Source: Chiloscyllium plagiosum
Lineage: Eukaryota
DNA: 64,000 nt
NCBI RefSeq assembly: GCF_004010195.1
Contig: NC_057719.1
Location: 34,236,807 to 34,300,806, forward strand
Reading direction: 5' to 3'
Below are positions 25,040 to 37,830 of this stretch, piece after piece; position 1 is the first letter of the stretch; the number at the start of each line of letters is the position of its first letter. Position numbers and translations under genes: made by a program. The notes under the pieces are model-generated. The model saw only the letters and a program-made list of their open reading frames with translations. It did not search any database and had not been told where the DNA came from.

Positions 25040-27040
25040 CCATCAGATAAGATCCAAGCTCTACGGTCCTGCCATATTAGGTCATCAATACTTGTGGACA
25101 ATTTGACATCACACTATAGGGAAGACTCCAAAAATATCCTATTCTTAACAATGCCCAGCAAGTCAGTATTAAAGACATGGTTGAAGTATTTACAACCATC
25201 TATTACCAGACTTGTTGAGTGAATAATCCATTTCAGCTTCTTCCTGGGGTCCCCAGCATCCCAAATGCCAATCCATTGCCGATTTGGTCCACTCCATCTG
25301 ATATCAAGAAATAACAAAAGGGACTGGTGGCTGAAAATGTTATGTGCCTTAACATCCCAGCAACAACACAGAAGACATGTGCCCTAGCTACATTGTGATG
25401 TATAGCTGCAGCATTGTCATCTTCACAGCAATGTGAAAAATTGCCCAGGAATATCCTGTACTCAAACAGCAGGACAAATCTAGCCAAATCAAATGCCATC
25501 CATCAGCATTCTCTCAATCATCTGCAAAGTGATAGAGCTTGTTGTCAGCAATGTAGTCATGTGGCATTTGTTCAGCGAAACCTGCTCACTGATGTTCAGT
25601 TTGATTCTGCCAGATCTGCTCAGCTCCTGACCTCATTACAGTCCTGGTCTTAAAAAAAACATCACAGAGCTGAACTTACTGAGCACCCTTGACAACAAGG
25701 CAACGTTCGACCGGAGTACAGAATCATGGAGCCCCGACAAAATTAAATCAAAGGGAATCAGGGAGAAAACTTGCTGCTGGTTGGAATTATATCTAGCACA
25801 GGGAAAATGTATTTGTGGTTGCTCGAGGCCAGTTATCTCAGGCCCAGGACATTGTGCAGCAGTTCCTCAGGCTGGGACCCTCTAGCCTAAAGCATCTATA
25901 ACTGCTAATAAGTAGCAAATAACATTCACCCCATATAAATACCAGATAATAACCATTTCCAATAAGAGAGCGAGAACATAACCATCTCCATGTTAGACTT
26001 AGGTGACATTATCATCACTGAATACCTCACTCTGAACATGCTGAGTGACACTATTAACAGAAATAGAACTGAACCAACCATATAAATATGGATTTATAGA
26101 TAAGAGAGCTGTGAATTCAGCAGTAAGTAACTGACCTTCTGATTTTCCAAAGTCAGTCCTCCATCTAGACAAATGTTGGTACGTGATGGAATACTCTCCA
26201 CTTATTTATTGGAAGCAGTCGAGAATTTTGACACCATCCAAGACCAAGCATCCAACTTGATCAGCATCTCATTCACCAGTTTAAAAACATTCACTCATCC
26301 CACCACTGACATGCTGTGATAGCAGTAAGTATCATCGACATCATGCCCTGCAGTAACGTATTTGGGTTTCTTCAACATTACATAGAACATAGAACATTAC
26401 AGAGCAGTACAGGCCCTTCGGCCTTCGATGTTGCGCTGAAGAGATTAGATTCCCTACAGTGTGGAAACAGGCCCTTCGGCCCAACAAGTCCACACTGACC
26501 CTCCCAAGAGAAACCCATTTCCCTACATTCACCCCTGACTAATGCACCAAACACTACGGGCAATTTAGCATAGCCAATTCACCTAAACTGCATATCTTTG
26601 GCCTGTGAGAGGAAACCGGAGCACCCGGAGGAAACCCACGCAGACACGGGGAGAATGTGCAAACTCCACACGGAATCGAACCTGGGTTCCTGGTGCTGTG
26701 AGGCAGCAGTGCTAACCACTGTATCATTTGTACATAAACTAATGTACATGTGCATTACCTTCCAAACTAGGGAGTTTTACAGCCTAGAAGTATAGGGGCA
26801 GCTGAGGAATGGAAAGACAACATGTTCTCCACCAAGCCGTGCACATCCTGATTTGGAACTGTGTCACTGTTCTTCACTCTCATGTCATTAAAATCCTGAA
26901 ACACTCTTCCCAGCAGCATTGTGGCTGTCCTGCACCAGCTGGAGTATTTCAGTGTCAAAAAGATGACTCAGAACCAACTTATGTTAAGGATGGGCAGTAA
27001 AACTGGCTTTTTCAGCAACATTCACATCCCGTGAAAAAAG
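25040..27040 (+). mobile_element. Highly decayed CR1/L2-group LINE (RT to 3' tail), interrupted by younger inserts
   Basis: cttgacaacaaggcaacgttcgaccgg (LD.KA.FDR), gcagttcctcagg (VPQG-like), tail ggatgggcagtaaaactggc...cacatcccgtgaaaaa. Confidence 0.7.
26378..26722 (-). mobile_element. Short CR1 tail (26378-26437) abutting an HE1-type SINE (26440-26722)
   Basis: (catagaa)n tail with ggcccttcggcc; then gattagattccctacagtgtggaaacaggccc...gaggcagcagtgctaaccactgt. Confidence 0.88.
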
Positions 27041-28532
27041 TAAAAATGGAGTAATACTTTGGAGGAATTTTTTTTCAATAATTCTAACATGAAAGTAGTT
27101 GGTAACATTGTACCAATTTGCAGAAATATTACTGGGTGCTCCTGTACTTTTTTTAATGTTCTGGATCTTTCTGCTGACTTTTATTTGTAACAACCTTGCC
27201 TTTGAGACATGTGCACTGTACATATTCAAGTGCTGCCCTGCTGCACTTATAATGATTCTTTAACAATTCATGTGTACCCATCTGCTCCCCACACCACCTC
27301 CCAACTTGTATCGTCCATAAATCCAAGTTTTTTTCAAAACACTATAACTTACAGGGTCCATTCATTGACCTATATTGGATTCTGTCCGGCAATCCATCAA
27401 TTTTAGGTTTCCCATCTTTGTTTTTCACCTCTTCATGGTCTCATCCATCCATATCATTTCAAAATCCTTCAGCATAATAGCCCTCTGAGATCCTAAGGCC
27501 ACTTTAATTCTGGCTTCTTGCCTGTCTCCAGGTTTCAACACTGCATCATTGGCAGCCTTGAGCTTCTTAGGCCTTAAATTTTGAAATTTTGTCCTTAAAC
27601 CTCTCCACCTCACTTTCGTCCTTCTTAACGTTCCTAAAAATATATATCTCTTTGAATGAGAATAAGATCCTAAGTCCGACTTCCGGCTATTTCTCTCCCT
27701 TGTAAAGTTTTTTTGATGACACTCCTGTGAAGCACCTTTGAACATTTTAATACGTTAAGGGTACTATAAAAAATAAGTAATTTTTTTTCTATGTTGTTGA
27801 AATCTATTTCAAAGAATATCAGGCACTGCAAAAGCAGCCCAATATATTTTTTTCACTATTTCTCACAGTTTGTGTCTTGAGGATCATCACTGTGGGTGTG
27901 TTGTGATTCGCTCATTTCCTTTTCATTGCCAGTGATCATATTATCACAAATCTCATTTCAATTGTGCATGCTCCAATGATTCCATTAGCAGTTCTTTAAT
28001 TTGAATTCAATGTAGTCATTAGTGCCTTTTTTACAGGAAGGAAACTGAGATATTGGGAGCGATTGCATTTGCCAACAGGTTTACCACATGAAATTGTTAG
28101 TTTTTTTCTCATTTTCTTTCCCTTCATGACAGAATAAATTCATGTGGGACTTTACTAACCAGATCTTGTTAGCTCGTTAGTGGCTGTGAAGTGGGCACAA
28201 TAGCCACGCCATTTAAACTAATGGTAACCGAATTGCATTCCAGCCAATACAGGTTAGGAAAGTTCACGTTCTATAAATAATGACCTAAATTCTTCAATCA
28301 CATTAAAGCCAATTAGCGTTGAAACATACATTATATCAGAAACGCATGTACTTTTGAAAGTAATTAATTCTATATGAGCTGAGTTCTGAGTCATAAAAGA
28401 TTTCATATCAATACGGCTCTCCCTCTCTTTCAGCTTCCCGTGTGGAGCCCAGTAGTGCACTGCCGTCCCAAGAAGGAAATTAATACATTTACTTTGGGGA
28501 CATCTTCAGCCTCCCAAAACTCTTCCCAATCA

Positions 28533-28626
28533 ACACGTTCAAAGATGATATTGCACACCGTAGCATAGGTGGGACATGAACCAAAAGCTCTTTTCTCAAG
28601 AGATAGAGACACTGCCACTGCACCAC
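28533..28626 (-). mobile_element. Short tRNA-derived SINE-like element
   Basis: Minus strand gtggtgcagtggcagtgtctcta...ggttcatgtcccacct; same family as 44678 and 58850. Confidence 0.55.
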
Positions 28627-29178
28627 AATAACAGCCCCTCCCCAAGACTCTTAATCTGACAAAAAAAAAGGAACACATCTCTTCCCCTTTTCAAGTCAAA
28701 GTACAAAACAATGTCATTGGATCCAGATTAGCTTTTGTGAATAGAAGCTCTGTAGTATTTGAGAGGTTAAATTTCATTAAAATTGGAAACTTGGGTAGTG
28801 TTCCAGACATGTTAATGATTCGTTCTTACTATTTCCACCAGGTAAGTAAAGTTAAAATCATGCTGACATTGTTCATATTCAGCAATTTGCATATGTTGCA
28901 ACATAACAATATCGCAATTAGGCTGGTTATAGTCTTTCCACACTTTATAAAACATTAGAAACTTATTATGGTGGTTTGTTTTATTGTTACTAATACTAGT
29001 AATTACAAACACTCTGATTTTATTAGAAGTTTATGACCGCACAGTCAGACTAACAGAGGTTTGATCAATTTGATGTTGAGGAGCCTTCCACATTTTTAGG
29101 TTAAAATCATTTTGTGCATGACTGCACATCTTCCACTGAATTTGATACCGCAACTCTGCCTAACTTTTAATTCCTTTT

Positions 29179-29348
29179 AAAATGGATAAAAGCAAATTAC
29201 TGCGGATGCTGGAATCTGAAACCAAAAGAGAAAATGCTGGAAAATCTCAGCAGGTCTGGCAGCATCTGTAAGGAGAGGAACGAGCTGACGTTTCGAGTCT
29301 AACTGACCCTTTGTCAAAGCTGAAATTTTCCAGCATTTTCTCTTTTGG
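29179..29348. mobile_element. Fold-back PLE family C insertion (young)
   Basis: aaccaaaagagaaaatgctggaaaat / attttccagcattttctcttttggtt. Minus-strand hammerhead-like UUGACAA-AGGGUC-AGUUA-GACUC-GAAA-CGUC. 14-bp TSD ttttaattcctttt at 29165-29178 and 29349-29362. Confidence 0.85.
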
Positions 29349-30134
29349 TTTTAATTCCTTTTTGCCAGGTAACAGGCAATCTCAGAGGAAATGTTCAAAA
29401 TCTTGGTTCACTCCCTGTGTACTGTTATAATCCAAGCTGATATTATTACTGAATAAATCAGATCCCAGATTAAAATCTGGTTTGATAGATTACATTTTGC
29501 TTCTTTTTGTTGGTTTTAACGAAATGGTCTTTCACTGAAACACAAACTTTCAATGCTTTAGATTTGGGTTTAAAAATAAAACTGAAAGTCATTGCAAGAA
29601 AAGCCATAGAATTATATTTATATATAATACATACTAAAAGATGTCAAAACATGTGGAAAAATATGATCCCATTAATTCCAACAGCAATCTGTTTCTCCAC
29701 TGACATCAGAGAGAATTCCCATCTCTCTTACCTCAAAATGGCTTAATTTATTGGTGGCTTCAGTTTCTAATCTTGATAATCTAATAGTCTCACGAATAAA
29801 AACCATTTCCCCTTCACCATTCTTTCAACTCTCTTGATCTTATTTACCCCAGGTGAATTAGTTCATAGCTCAGGTAGTAATCCAGAGATGATTATACTTG
29901 TAGTTCTGTCTCCATGCATTCATGTTCCTCAGCACAATCTCTTTCTTAGCCTTTTCTATGTTATTCTGAACCTTGCCCACATCGCCATGTCTTCTCCAAC
30001 ACGGAAGAACTGCAGTTTCGGGCAGATTAGGACTCAGCAGATACTATCGGCTGCAGAAATGTGAAATTTATAAGATAGTTACATAATGGACCATCTCCTA
30101 ATTTAAGGTAAAATATAAAAGGATACTGTTGCAA

Positions 30135-30432
30135 TTGGACAGTTGGGAGAGGCTAAATAGGCTGGCACTTTTTTCTTTACCGCGTCAGATGCTGTGGGTG
30201 ACCTTACAGAGTTTTATAAAATCATGAGGAGCATGGTTAGGGTGAATAACCAAGGCCTTCATCTCCAGGGAAGGGGAGTCCAAAGGTTGAGGGAAAAGGT
30301 TTAAGGTAAGAGGGGAAGGATTAGAATGGTCTGAAGGGTTACTTTTTCATGCAGAGGGTGGTGCATGTATGGAACAAGCTGCCAGAGGAAGTGTTGGAGG
30401 CTTGTACGATTACAACATTTAAAAGGCTTATA
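30135..30432 (+). mobile_element. HER1/CR1 ORF2 C-terminal fragment
   Basis: gggtgaccttacagagttttataaaatcatgagg...gagggtggtgcatgtatggaacaagctgccagagg. Confidence 0.8.
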
Positions 30433-31769
30433 TCCTTCTCTCTTTTTAGCATAATACAAAGCTAAGCAACTTGTCATGATTATCATCAATGATCAGCTAA
30501 GGGGATGCAATGTTGCTGTACTACCGTGTTACTTCAATGTCACACTCGGAGACTGTGTTTGTCACGTGTGCTATTGGCACATGGTTTAAGTTTGTTTTAT
30601 CCAAATGTCAAAGGGGAGAAGCCTTTACAAAGGTCATGGGTACTGTCATCTACTGAGAGCTTCATCATAGTCAGTCAAGTGCAATGTCCAACATTAGTTC
30701 AGGGGCTTGGTACAGTGAGCCAGCCACAGGGCCAAGGGTTTCATACCATTACTGCTCAGGGAGTGGGCAGCAGTCACTCCTCGAGATCCAGTTCAACAAA
30801 TGCATGAACCAGTGATAAGTCAGTCAAAGATCAGTCACACACAGTCATGGCTGTCCATCTAAGTCACTCGGGGGATGGGCCATGACCAGTTCTGGGAAGA
30901 TGCACAATGAAAGTCAGGAACATTATTCAGGACCACTGGTAAGGAAGCTCAGGAAGTCAATTGTGGGGATTGGAGGCAGCATGCTAGGATAGAAGAGACA
31001 ATAATTGTAAAAGAGGGCAGCTCAACATATATGATTTAGAGATAACGACACAATAGAAGACATAGGTTATAATGGAGGTGGAGGTGGGTGAGGATGGTGG
31101 TTTCCACCAATACTCACAACCACCATAGCTTTGCCAAAGGTCAGTGCAACACAATGCTTGTACAGCTGTTCAGTCAGGGCTCAAGGCCTAATGTTGCGAG
31201 ATGAAGACATAAATGAACCAGTTGGGTGGGAACTTGTGGAACCTCATAGGTGATGGGTTAATTAGGACGTGCACGGAACATGGATGTTTGGGGAGAGGGC
31301 CTTGATTACCAGACTGAGCCTATGACTCACTCTGCCAAGGGAGACCTGCCCTCCTTGAAACTACACGTGAATCGTAAATGCACAATGGAAATGGAAAATA
31401 TCTGTGACCACACCTGGTGTTTTATCCTCACTTTTGCTTTGTTGAATCAAAGTTAATGTTTTCAACCATTTAAAGGTTTTCCAATATGTAATGCTCCTAC
31501 ATTTAACATTAAATGATGTTTTGCAATTCCAGGCATTAGGGAAACAATATCACACTATTAGGCAGGGATCCAGTAAGTATGGCACTAAAAAGCAGATATC
31601 TATGTGCTCGATTCTTACAGCTGCCATTACAATGAGTATCAATTAGACAGGTGATGATATATAATAATAATACATTTACAAATTTGGACTTGTATCTACA
31701 ATGAAGTGTCACCATGCTACCTATGTATACTCTAAAACACCTCTTTTTTTGTTCCCTCCCAATACTGAT

Positions 31770-31955
31770 CCCAAAATTGGAGGTGTATTGGATAGCGAAG
31801 AAGGTTACCTCAGAGTACAACAGGATCTTGATCAGATGGACCAATGGGCAGAGAAGTGGCAGATGGACTTTAATTTAGATTAATGCAAAGTGCTGCATTT
31901 TGGAAAGACAAATCAGGGCAGGATTTATGCACTTAATGGTAAGGTCCTGGGGAGG
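31770..31955 (+). mobile_element. CR1 RT fragment
   Basis: KIGGVLDSEEGYLRVQQDLDQMDQWAEKWQMDFN. Confidence 0.85.
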
Positions 31956-32317
31956 TCCTGAGCTGATATCTACGACTCTATGTCATGCATTGAGAAGGGC
32001 AGCTCCTGGTTGGCAGTGATAACTTGGGTGCAAGGTGCAACATAAATACAGTACCAGTGCCATGAATCCCCAGACGTTGTGGTAGTGGTGAGTACTGGTA
32101 CTGTTGCTGAGAGCATGATAGAATGAGTAGGGTACCATAGAGGCATGTGCATGCATAATGAGGTGTGCTGTGGAGAATTGTGTTAGCCATCTAGAGCTCA
32201 CAGAGAGAAATCTTCCATGAAACTCCCCCAAATTGAAACAGTCAATTTATTGGACAGAGAGAAAGAGGGAAAGAGTAAGAGACAGGAACATCAGCCACTA
32301 TGACCTGCAAAGGGAAA

Positions 32318-32533
32318 GTCATAGAATCATATAATCCCTACAATGTGAAAGCAGGCCATTCAGTCCATCAAGTATACACCAATGCTCCGAAGAGCATTCT
32401 ATCCAGACCCACCCCTCCCCATACCTTATCGCTGTAATCATACACTTCCCATGGTTAATCCACCTACCCTGCACAGCCCTGGACACTATGGACAATTTAG
32501 CAAGGCCAATCCATCCTCCATGCACATCCTTGG
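32318..32533 (-). mobile_element. HE1-type SINE 3' half
   Basis: aatccctacaatgtgaaagcaggcc...ggacaatttagcaaggccaatcc. Confidence 0.75.
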
Positions 32534-32646
32534 ATGCACATTTTTCTGTTTGTTAGGGTAGGCATTGCAAATATATTTCCTCTTGTGGGTAAATACAAAA
32601 GAAAGGGGGACTGTTTGAAATTAAGGGTCATCCTTTTAGGACAGAG

Positions 32647-33191
32647 GGAGAAAGAGAGGACTGGAGATCAGAGTCAAAACGTGTGTTGCTGGAAAAACAC
32701 AGCCAGTCAAGCAGCATCCAAGGAGCAGGAGAGTCAATGTTTAATCGTCCAAACTCTAGCCACCTGACACCTGCAGGAAGAACGCCTCATCTTCTGCCTT
32801 GGGACCATCCAACCACATGGGATCAACATTGATTTCACCAGTTTCCTCATTGCCCCTTCCCTACCTTATCCCTGATCCAACCCTCCAACTCAGTACTGCC
32901 CTCTTAAACTGTCCGACTTAGCCATCTTCCTTCCCACCTAGCCGGTCCATCCTCCACTCTGACCTATTACAATTAACTCCCATGTCCATCTACCTATCAC
33001 AGTCCCATCTACCTTCCCCAAAGCCCCACCCCCTCCCATTTATCTCACAGCCCGTTTGGACACACCTCTTCTCCACCACCCCCCACCCCGCCCACATTCC
33101 TGATGAAAGGCTTATGCATGAAATGTCAATTTTCCTGCTCTTCGGATGCTGCCTGACCATCTGTGCTTTTCTAGCACCACACTTCTTGACT
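32647..33191 (+). mobile_element. PLE family A 3' portion with inverted terminal copy, inserted in a CR1 tail
   Basis: EERLIFCLGTIQPHGINIDFTSF (GIY-YIG C-terminus, ~32775-32845). Hammerhead motif at 33100-33127. 14-bp TSD cttttaggacagag at 32633-32646 and 33192-33205. Confidence 0.85.
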
Positions 33192-33304
33192 CTTTTAGGA
33201 CAGAGATGAGCAGATTTTGTTTTTTCTCATACAATTGAGCAATTTTGGAACATTCTGCCTCAAAGGTCATTGATCTTTTTCAGGTGGAGGTAGACTAAAC
33301 TATT

Positions 33305-33522
33305 GTCGAAGAGTGTGGTGCTGGAAAAGCACAGCAGGTCGGGCAGCATCCGAGGACCAGGAGAATCGACATTTCGGGCATAAGCCCTTTAATCCTGATG
33401 AACAGCTTATGCCCAAAATGTCAATTCGCCTGCTCCTGGGATGCTGCCTGACTGGCTGTGCTTTTCCAGCACCACACTCTTCGACTCTGATCTCCAGCAT
33501 CTGCAGTCCTCATTTTCTCCTA
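33305..33522. mobile_element. Fold-back PLE family A insertion
   Basis: Arms gtcgaagagtgtggtgctggaaaagcacagc / gctgtgcttttccagcaccacactcttcgac flanking cctgatgaacagcttatgccc. Confidence 0.85.
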
Positions 33523-33707
33523 GTGGATAGACTACTGTTCGGGATGGGAATCAAACATTCTTGGGGGTAAATGGGATTGTGGAATTCACAAAACAAACAG
33601 ATTAGCCATAATCTTATTGAATGGCAGAGCAGATTCAAGAGAATATTCATCCCGGTGTGGCCAGAGGAAGAAAAGAGTAACGTTTGTTACTGAGGGAGGC
33701 CAGTTCA

Positions 33708-33950
33708 GATTACATACAGTGTGGAAACAGGCCCTTCCACACCGACCCGCCAAAGTGCAACCCACCCCTTCATCTAACACTATGGGCAATTAGCATGGCC
33801 AATTCACCTGACCTGCACATCTTTGGACTGGGAGGAAACCCATGCAGACACGGGAAGAATGTGCAAACTCCACACAGTCAGTCGCCTGAGGTGGGAATTG
33901 GACCCAGGTCTCTGGCACTGTGAGGCAGCAGTGCTAACCACTGTGCCACC
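33708..33950 (-). mobile_element. HE1-type SINE
   Basis: Head gggtggcacagtggttagcactgctgcctcacag on the minus strand; HER1-like tail. Confidence 0.88.
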
Positions 33951-33954
33951 CACG

Positions 33955-34006
33955 AACCCTAACCCTAACCCTAACTCTAATCCTAACCCTAACCCTAACC
34001 CTAACC
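33955..34006 (-). repeat. Interstitial telomeric repeat (TTAGGG) x ~8
   Basis: Eight AACCCT units (six perfect, two with one mismatch) plus a partial unit. Confidence 0.95.
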
Positions 34007-34456
34007 AGGATTACTTGGAAGACTGAGGGATACAGTTTCTGATGGTCAAACAATAATGTCACTCAGAAAAAAACAAGAAGTGAACCTTTTGTAATCTGGG
34101 TGTGACTTTGGATGTCTCCTGTAAAGATTACAATTCTCCAGAAATCATGCAGCAAGGTCTTATCAGTCCTGTTAGAGACTATTAAGGGTTTTTTTCTGTA
34201 GTTTAGTGTATTATAGTCCGACAAAATCAAGTTTAGTTGATTTTATTTTGTTACAGTGAGAATCTTAAAACTTGAAATCTTGTAACTTGATTTATTTAGG
34301 TTGGTCACTGGGGAATGATTTCAATTTCACAGTAGTCATAAACATCTATCTGCTTAGTTATACTGTCCCCTACTAAATCCACATTGTTTTGTAACTCCCC
34401 CGTGCAATGTTCACCTGTACCTTAGGACAGTATATTCGCTTGCTTATACTACTACA

Positions 34457-34565
34457 TTTTGAATGGTGCTGGTAAAGCACAGCAGGTCAGGCAGCATCCG
34501 AGGAGCAGGAAAATTGATGTTTCGGGCAAAAACCGTTAATCAGGAATGGAGTCCTCACTTTTGCC
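34457..34565. mobile_element. Short rearranged PLE family A insertion
   Basis: ggtgctggtaaagcacagcaggtcagg...tttcgggcaaaa; TSD atactactaca at 34446-34456 and 34566-34576. Confidence 0.8.
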
Positions 34566-34862
34566 ATACTACTACACCCCCTTCTCTTGCTCACACATTA
34601 AGATTGAACCTATTGAGCACAAGCAAGGCCTGAGGCCATCATTGCTACCTAATGGATCTTCGTATCTTGCAGTCACACCCTCCTGTCTTTGACCTCAGAT
34701 CAAATCTGAAGGACTTAAGAGGTGTGACTGCCTGGAACAAAGTGTCCAGGTATCAATCCAACTTTCCGATGTTCACCAGGATCCAGATCCCTGACTGAAT
34801 AGAAATTCCTTCAGGGCAAACACTTACTAGAACTCTGGTTGCTGTAGATCATAGTGGCAGCT

Positions 34863-35183
34863 GGAGAGGTGATGGCTTAGTGGTATTATCACTGAACTGC
34901 TAATCCAGAAAATGCCTAATGTTCTGGGGACTCTGGTTCAAATCCCACCGCAGCAGATGGAATTAAGACTAATGATGACTCCTTTGTCAATTGTTGGTAA
35001 ACCTATCTGGTTCATAAATGTCCTTTAGGGAAGGAAATGGCTATCTTTACCTGGTCTGGCCTGCATGTGACTCCAGACCCATAGCAATGTGGTTGACTCT
35101 TAACTGTCCTCTGGGCAATTAGGGATGGGCAATAAACGCTGGCCTGGGAAGCAATACCCTCCTCTGACGAATGAATTAAAAAA
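34863..35183 (+). mobile_element. tRNA-derived SINE distinct from HE1 (possibly SacSINE1/Deu-SINE related)
   Basis: A box tggcttagtgg, B box ggttcaaatcc. Tail gggatgggcaataaacgctggcc...gaatgaattaaaaaa is shared with the LINE tails at ~26990 and ~43050. Confidence 0.72.
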
Positions 35184-35266
35184 CAAGTTCCCAAATGCTA
35201 CAGCTGCAACACATTGCCTGTCCTGTCATTTTTAATGCATTTTATCTCGCTAATCAGGTTTTAGCT

Positions 35267-35565
35267 GGGACCAGCACGGTGGCTCAGTGATTAGCACGGC
35301 TGCCTCACAGTATCACGGACCCAGTTCGATTCACATCTCAGGTGACTGTCTGTTTGGAGTTTGCACATTCTCCCCATGTCTGCGTGGGTTTCCTCCAGGT
35401 GCTCCGGGTTCCTCGCATAGTCCAAAGATGTGCAGGTTAGGTGAATTAGCCATGCTAAATTGCCCGTAGTGTTAGGTAAGGGGTATGGGTGGGTTGCGCT
35501 TCGGCGGGTCAGTGTGGACTTGTTGGGCCGAAGGGCCTGTTTCCATACTGTAGGGAATCTAATCT
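35267..35565 (+). mobile_element. Full-length HE1-type SINE
   Basis: A box tggctcagtga, B box agttcgattc, central tttggagtttgcacattctcccc...tccaaagatgtgcaggttagg, tail gggccgaagggcctgtttccatactgtagggaatctaatct. Confidence 0.92.
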
Positions 35566-35639
35566 GAAGTTTAGAAATTATTATTTATAATTACATTAAT
35601 TGGTTTCACTAATTAAGCTATGAATCAGATACAAAGTGT

Positions 35640-35756
35640 CTTTTGCCCGAAACGTCAATTTTCCTGCTCCTCGGATGCTGCCTGACCTGCTGTGCTTTTC
35701 CAGCACCACTCTGATCTAAACTCTGGTTTCCAACATCTGCCGTCCTCGCTTTTGCC
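35640..35756 (+). mobile_element. Short PLE family A insertion
   Basis: Starts in the hammerhead helix II loop (cttttgcccgaaacgtc). TSD tacaaagtgt at 35630-35639 and 35757-35766. Confidence 0.85.
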
Positions 35757-36871
35757 TACAAAGTGTACATCATCCTGGTAAGCTTAGAGAGAAAACATAT
35801 CCTTAAAACTTATCAACCAATCACCTACCTGCACAACTAATTAAAGCATCCAGACTTCAGCACTGAGCTCTTTGTGTTTGGCTATTTTACATTAAATTGA
35901 AAATATACCAGAAACCTGACCTCAAATGACCCTTTCTCTGATAATGACCACTCTTTCTGTTATGATAACCTCAGAGTGGGGTCAGAAGAAAGAGGGAGAA
36001 GGATGCTCTCAGCAAGAGCCACTTCCCAATGCCAGATCACTCAATCAGACAATGAGTGCCTTTCAATAAGGAACCCACATCACCCGGTTTCCCCCCACAA
36101 ATACTATCGACTGTTTTGGTTTTCAAACATCCCAAACGGAAAGTTAAATCCCAGCAGTGGCAGGATGAGGCCATTAAGTGAAAAGTAATTATATTGGAGA
36201 ATTTAGGAAGGGTGTTTCTCACTTCAGACTTAATCAGGGCAAAGGCAGCAGGCCAGTGAGGTACCTATTCTACATCGTCTAACAAAATGAAAAGCCCAAC
36301 TCCAATCTGTCTCATTCCATTCAAATTAACCTGAAATAGGGGTTTTTAGTCACTGTTTTGCTTTCTCCCTCTCAAACATTAGAGTTGAAACTGATCAGAT
36401 TATGATCACGATGATATACATTTTCACACATAATTAGTTTGTTAATTGAAGTGAGTTCATTCCTGATTATTGAATCTAACGCAGCGTACTGCTTTGTTGG
36501 TTCCAAAACATTTTTCAACGGAGAACTATTCCAGACATTCATCCTTTTATTTCAGATTTTCTACATTTTCAGTTCTTTCTCCTTAGTTTCATTTTTCTTA
36601 GACCTCTGACCTTTTCTATTCACTTGCTTTCTCATTCCTTAGAGTTGTTCATTTACATTGTGCTCCCATTAGTTAAATTGGATGTCCTATTGCGGAATTA
36701 TTGCTTGAGTTTTCTTGCCTGTTTGCTTTATATATCACCCTCTTTTTTTCTGATTTCTTCAATTATTTTCTTCAATTTAAATAAAGGTTTTATACACAAA
36801 ATTCTGACTGTCTGATTTACCCAGACATGTTGATTGACTGTGGCTTCCAGCTTTTTAGAATTTGTTTCACT

Positions 36872-37830
36872 AGAGTCATAGAGTCACAGAGAAATACAGC
36901 ACAGACACAGGCCCTTCAATCCAACTCGTCCATGCTGACCAGATAACCTAACCTAATCTAGTTCCACTTGTCAGCACTTGACCCATATCCCTCTAAACCA
37001 TTCCTGTTCATATACCCATCCAGATGCCTTTTAAATGTTGCAATTGTACCAGCCTCCACCACTTCCTCTGGCCGCTCATTCCATACATGCTCCACCCTCT
37101 GCGTGAAAAAGATGTCCCTTTTATATCTTTTCCCTCTCACCCTAAACCTATGCCCTCCAGTTCTGGACCCCTCACGCCAAGGAAATGACTTTGCCTATTT
37201 ATCTTATCCACGTGCCTCCTGATTTTAAATAACCTCTATAAGGTCACTCCCCTCAATCTCCAATGCTGCAGGATAAACAGCCCCGGCCTGTTCAGTCTCT
37301 CCCTGTAGCTCAAATCCTCCAACTCTGGCAACATCCTTGTAAACCTTTTCTGAACCCTTTCAAGTTTCACAACATCCTTCCGACAGGAAGGAGACCAGAA
37401 CTGCACAAAATATTGCAAAAGTGGCCTAACCAATGTCTTGTATGCCCTCAACATGACCTCCCAACTCCTGTACTCAATACTCTGACCAATAAAGGAAAGC
37501 ATACCAAGCGCCTTCTTCACTATCCTATCGACCTGCGACTCTACTTTCAAGGAACTACGATCCTGCACACCAAGGTCTCTTTGTTCAGCAACATTCCCTA
37601 GGACCTTACTATTAAGGGTATACGTCCTGCTAAGATTGGCTTTTCCAAAATGCAGCACCTTCGCATTTATCTAAATTAAACTCCATCTGCCACTTCTCAG
37701 CTCATTGGCTCATCTGCTCAAGATCCCGTTGTAATCTGAGGTAATCTTCTTTGCAGTCCACTACATCTCAATTATGGTGTCATCTGCAAACTTGCGAACC
37801 AGACCTCCTATATTCACATCCAAATCATTT
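36872..37830 (-). mobile_element. 5'-truncated HER1/CR1 LINE
   Basis: ORF 37236..37658 (LHFGKAN...YKTLVRPLL..VQFWSP...LERVQKRFTRMLP), FADDT at ~37780, (ctctatga)n-like tail. Confidence 0.93.

Noticed and set aside
33823..34026. ORF with NPNPNP repeat
   Set aside because: Translation of the telomeric array.
35267..35345. tRNA-like sequence with A and B boxes
   Set aside because: SINE head: continues into the HE1 body, with no complete cloverleaf.
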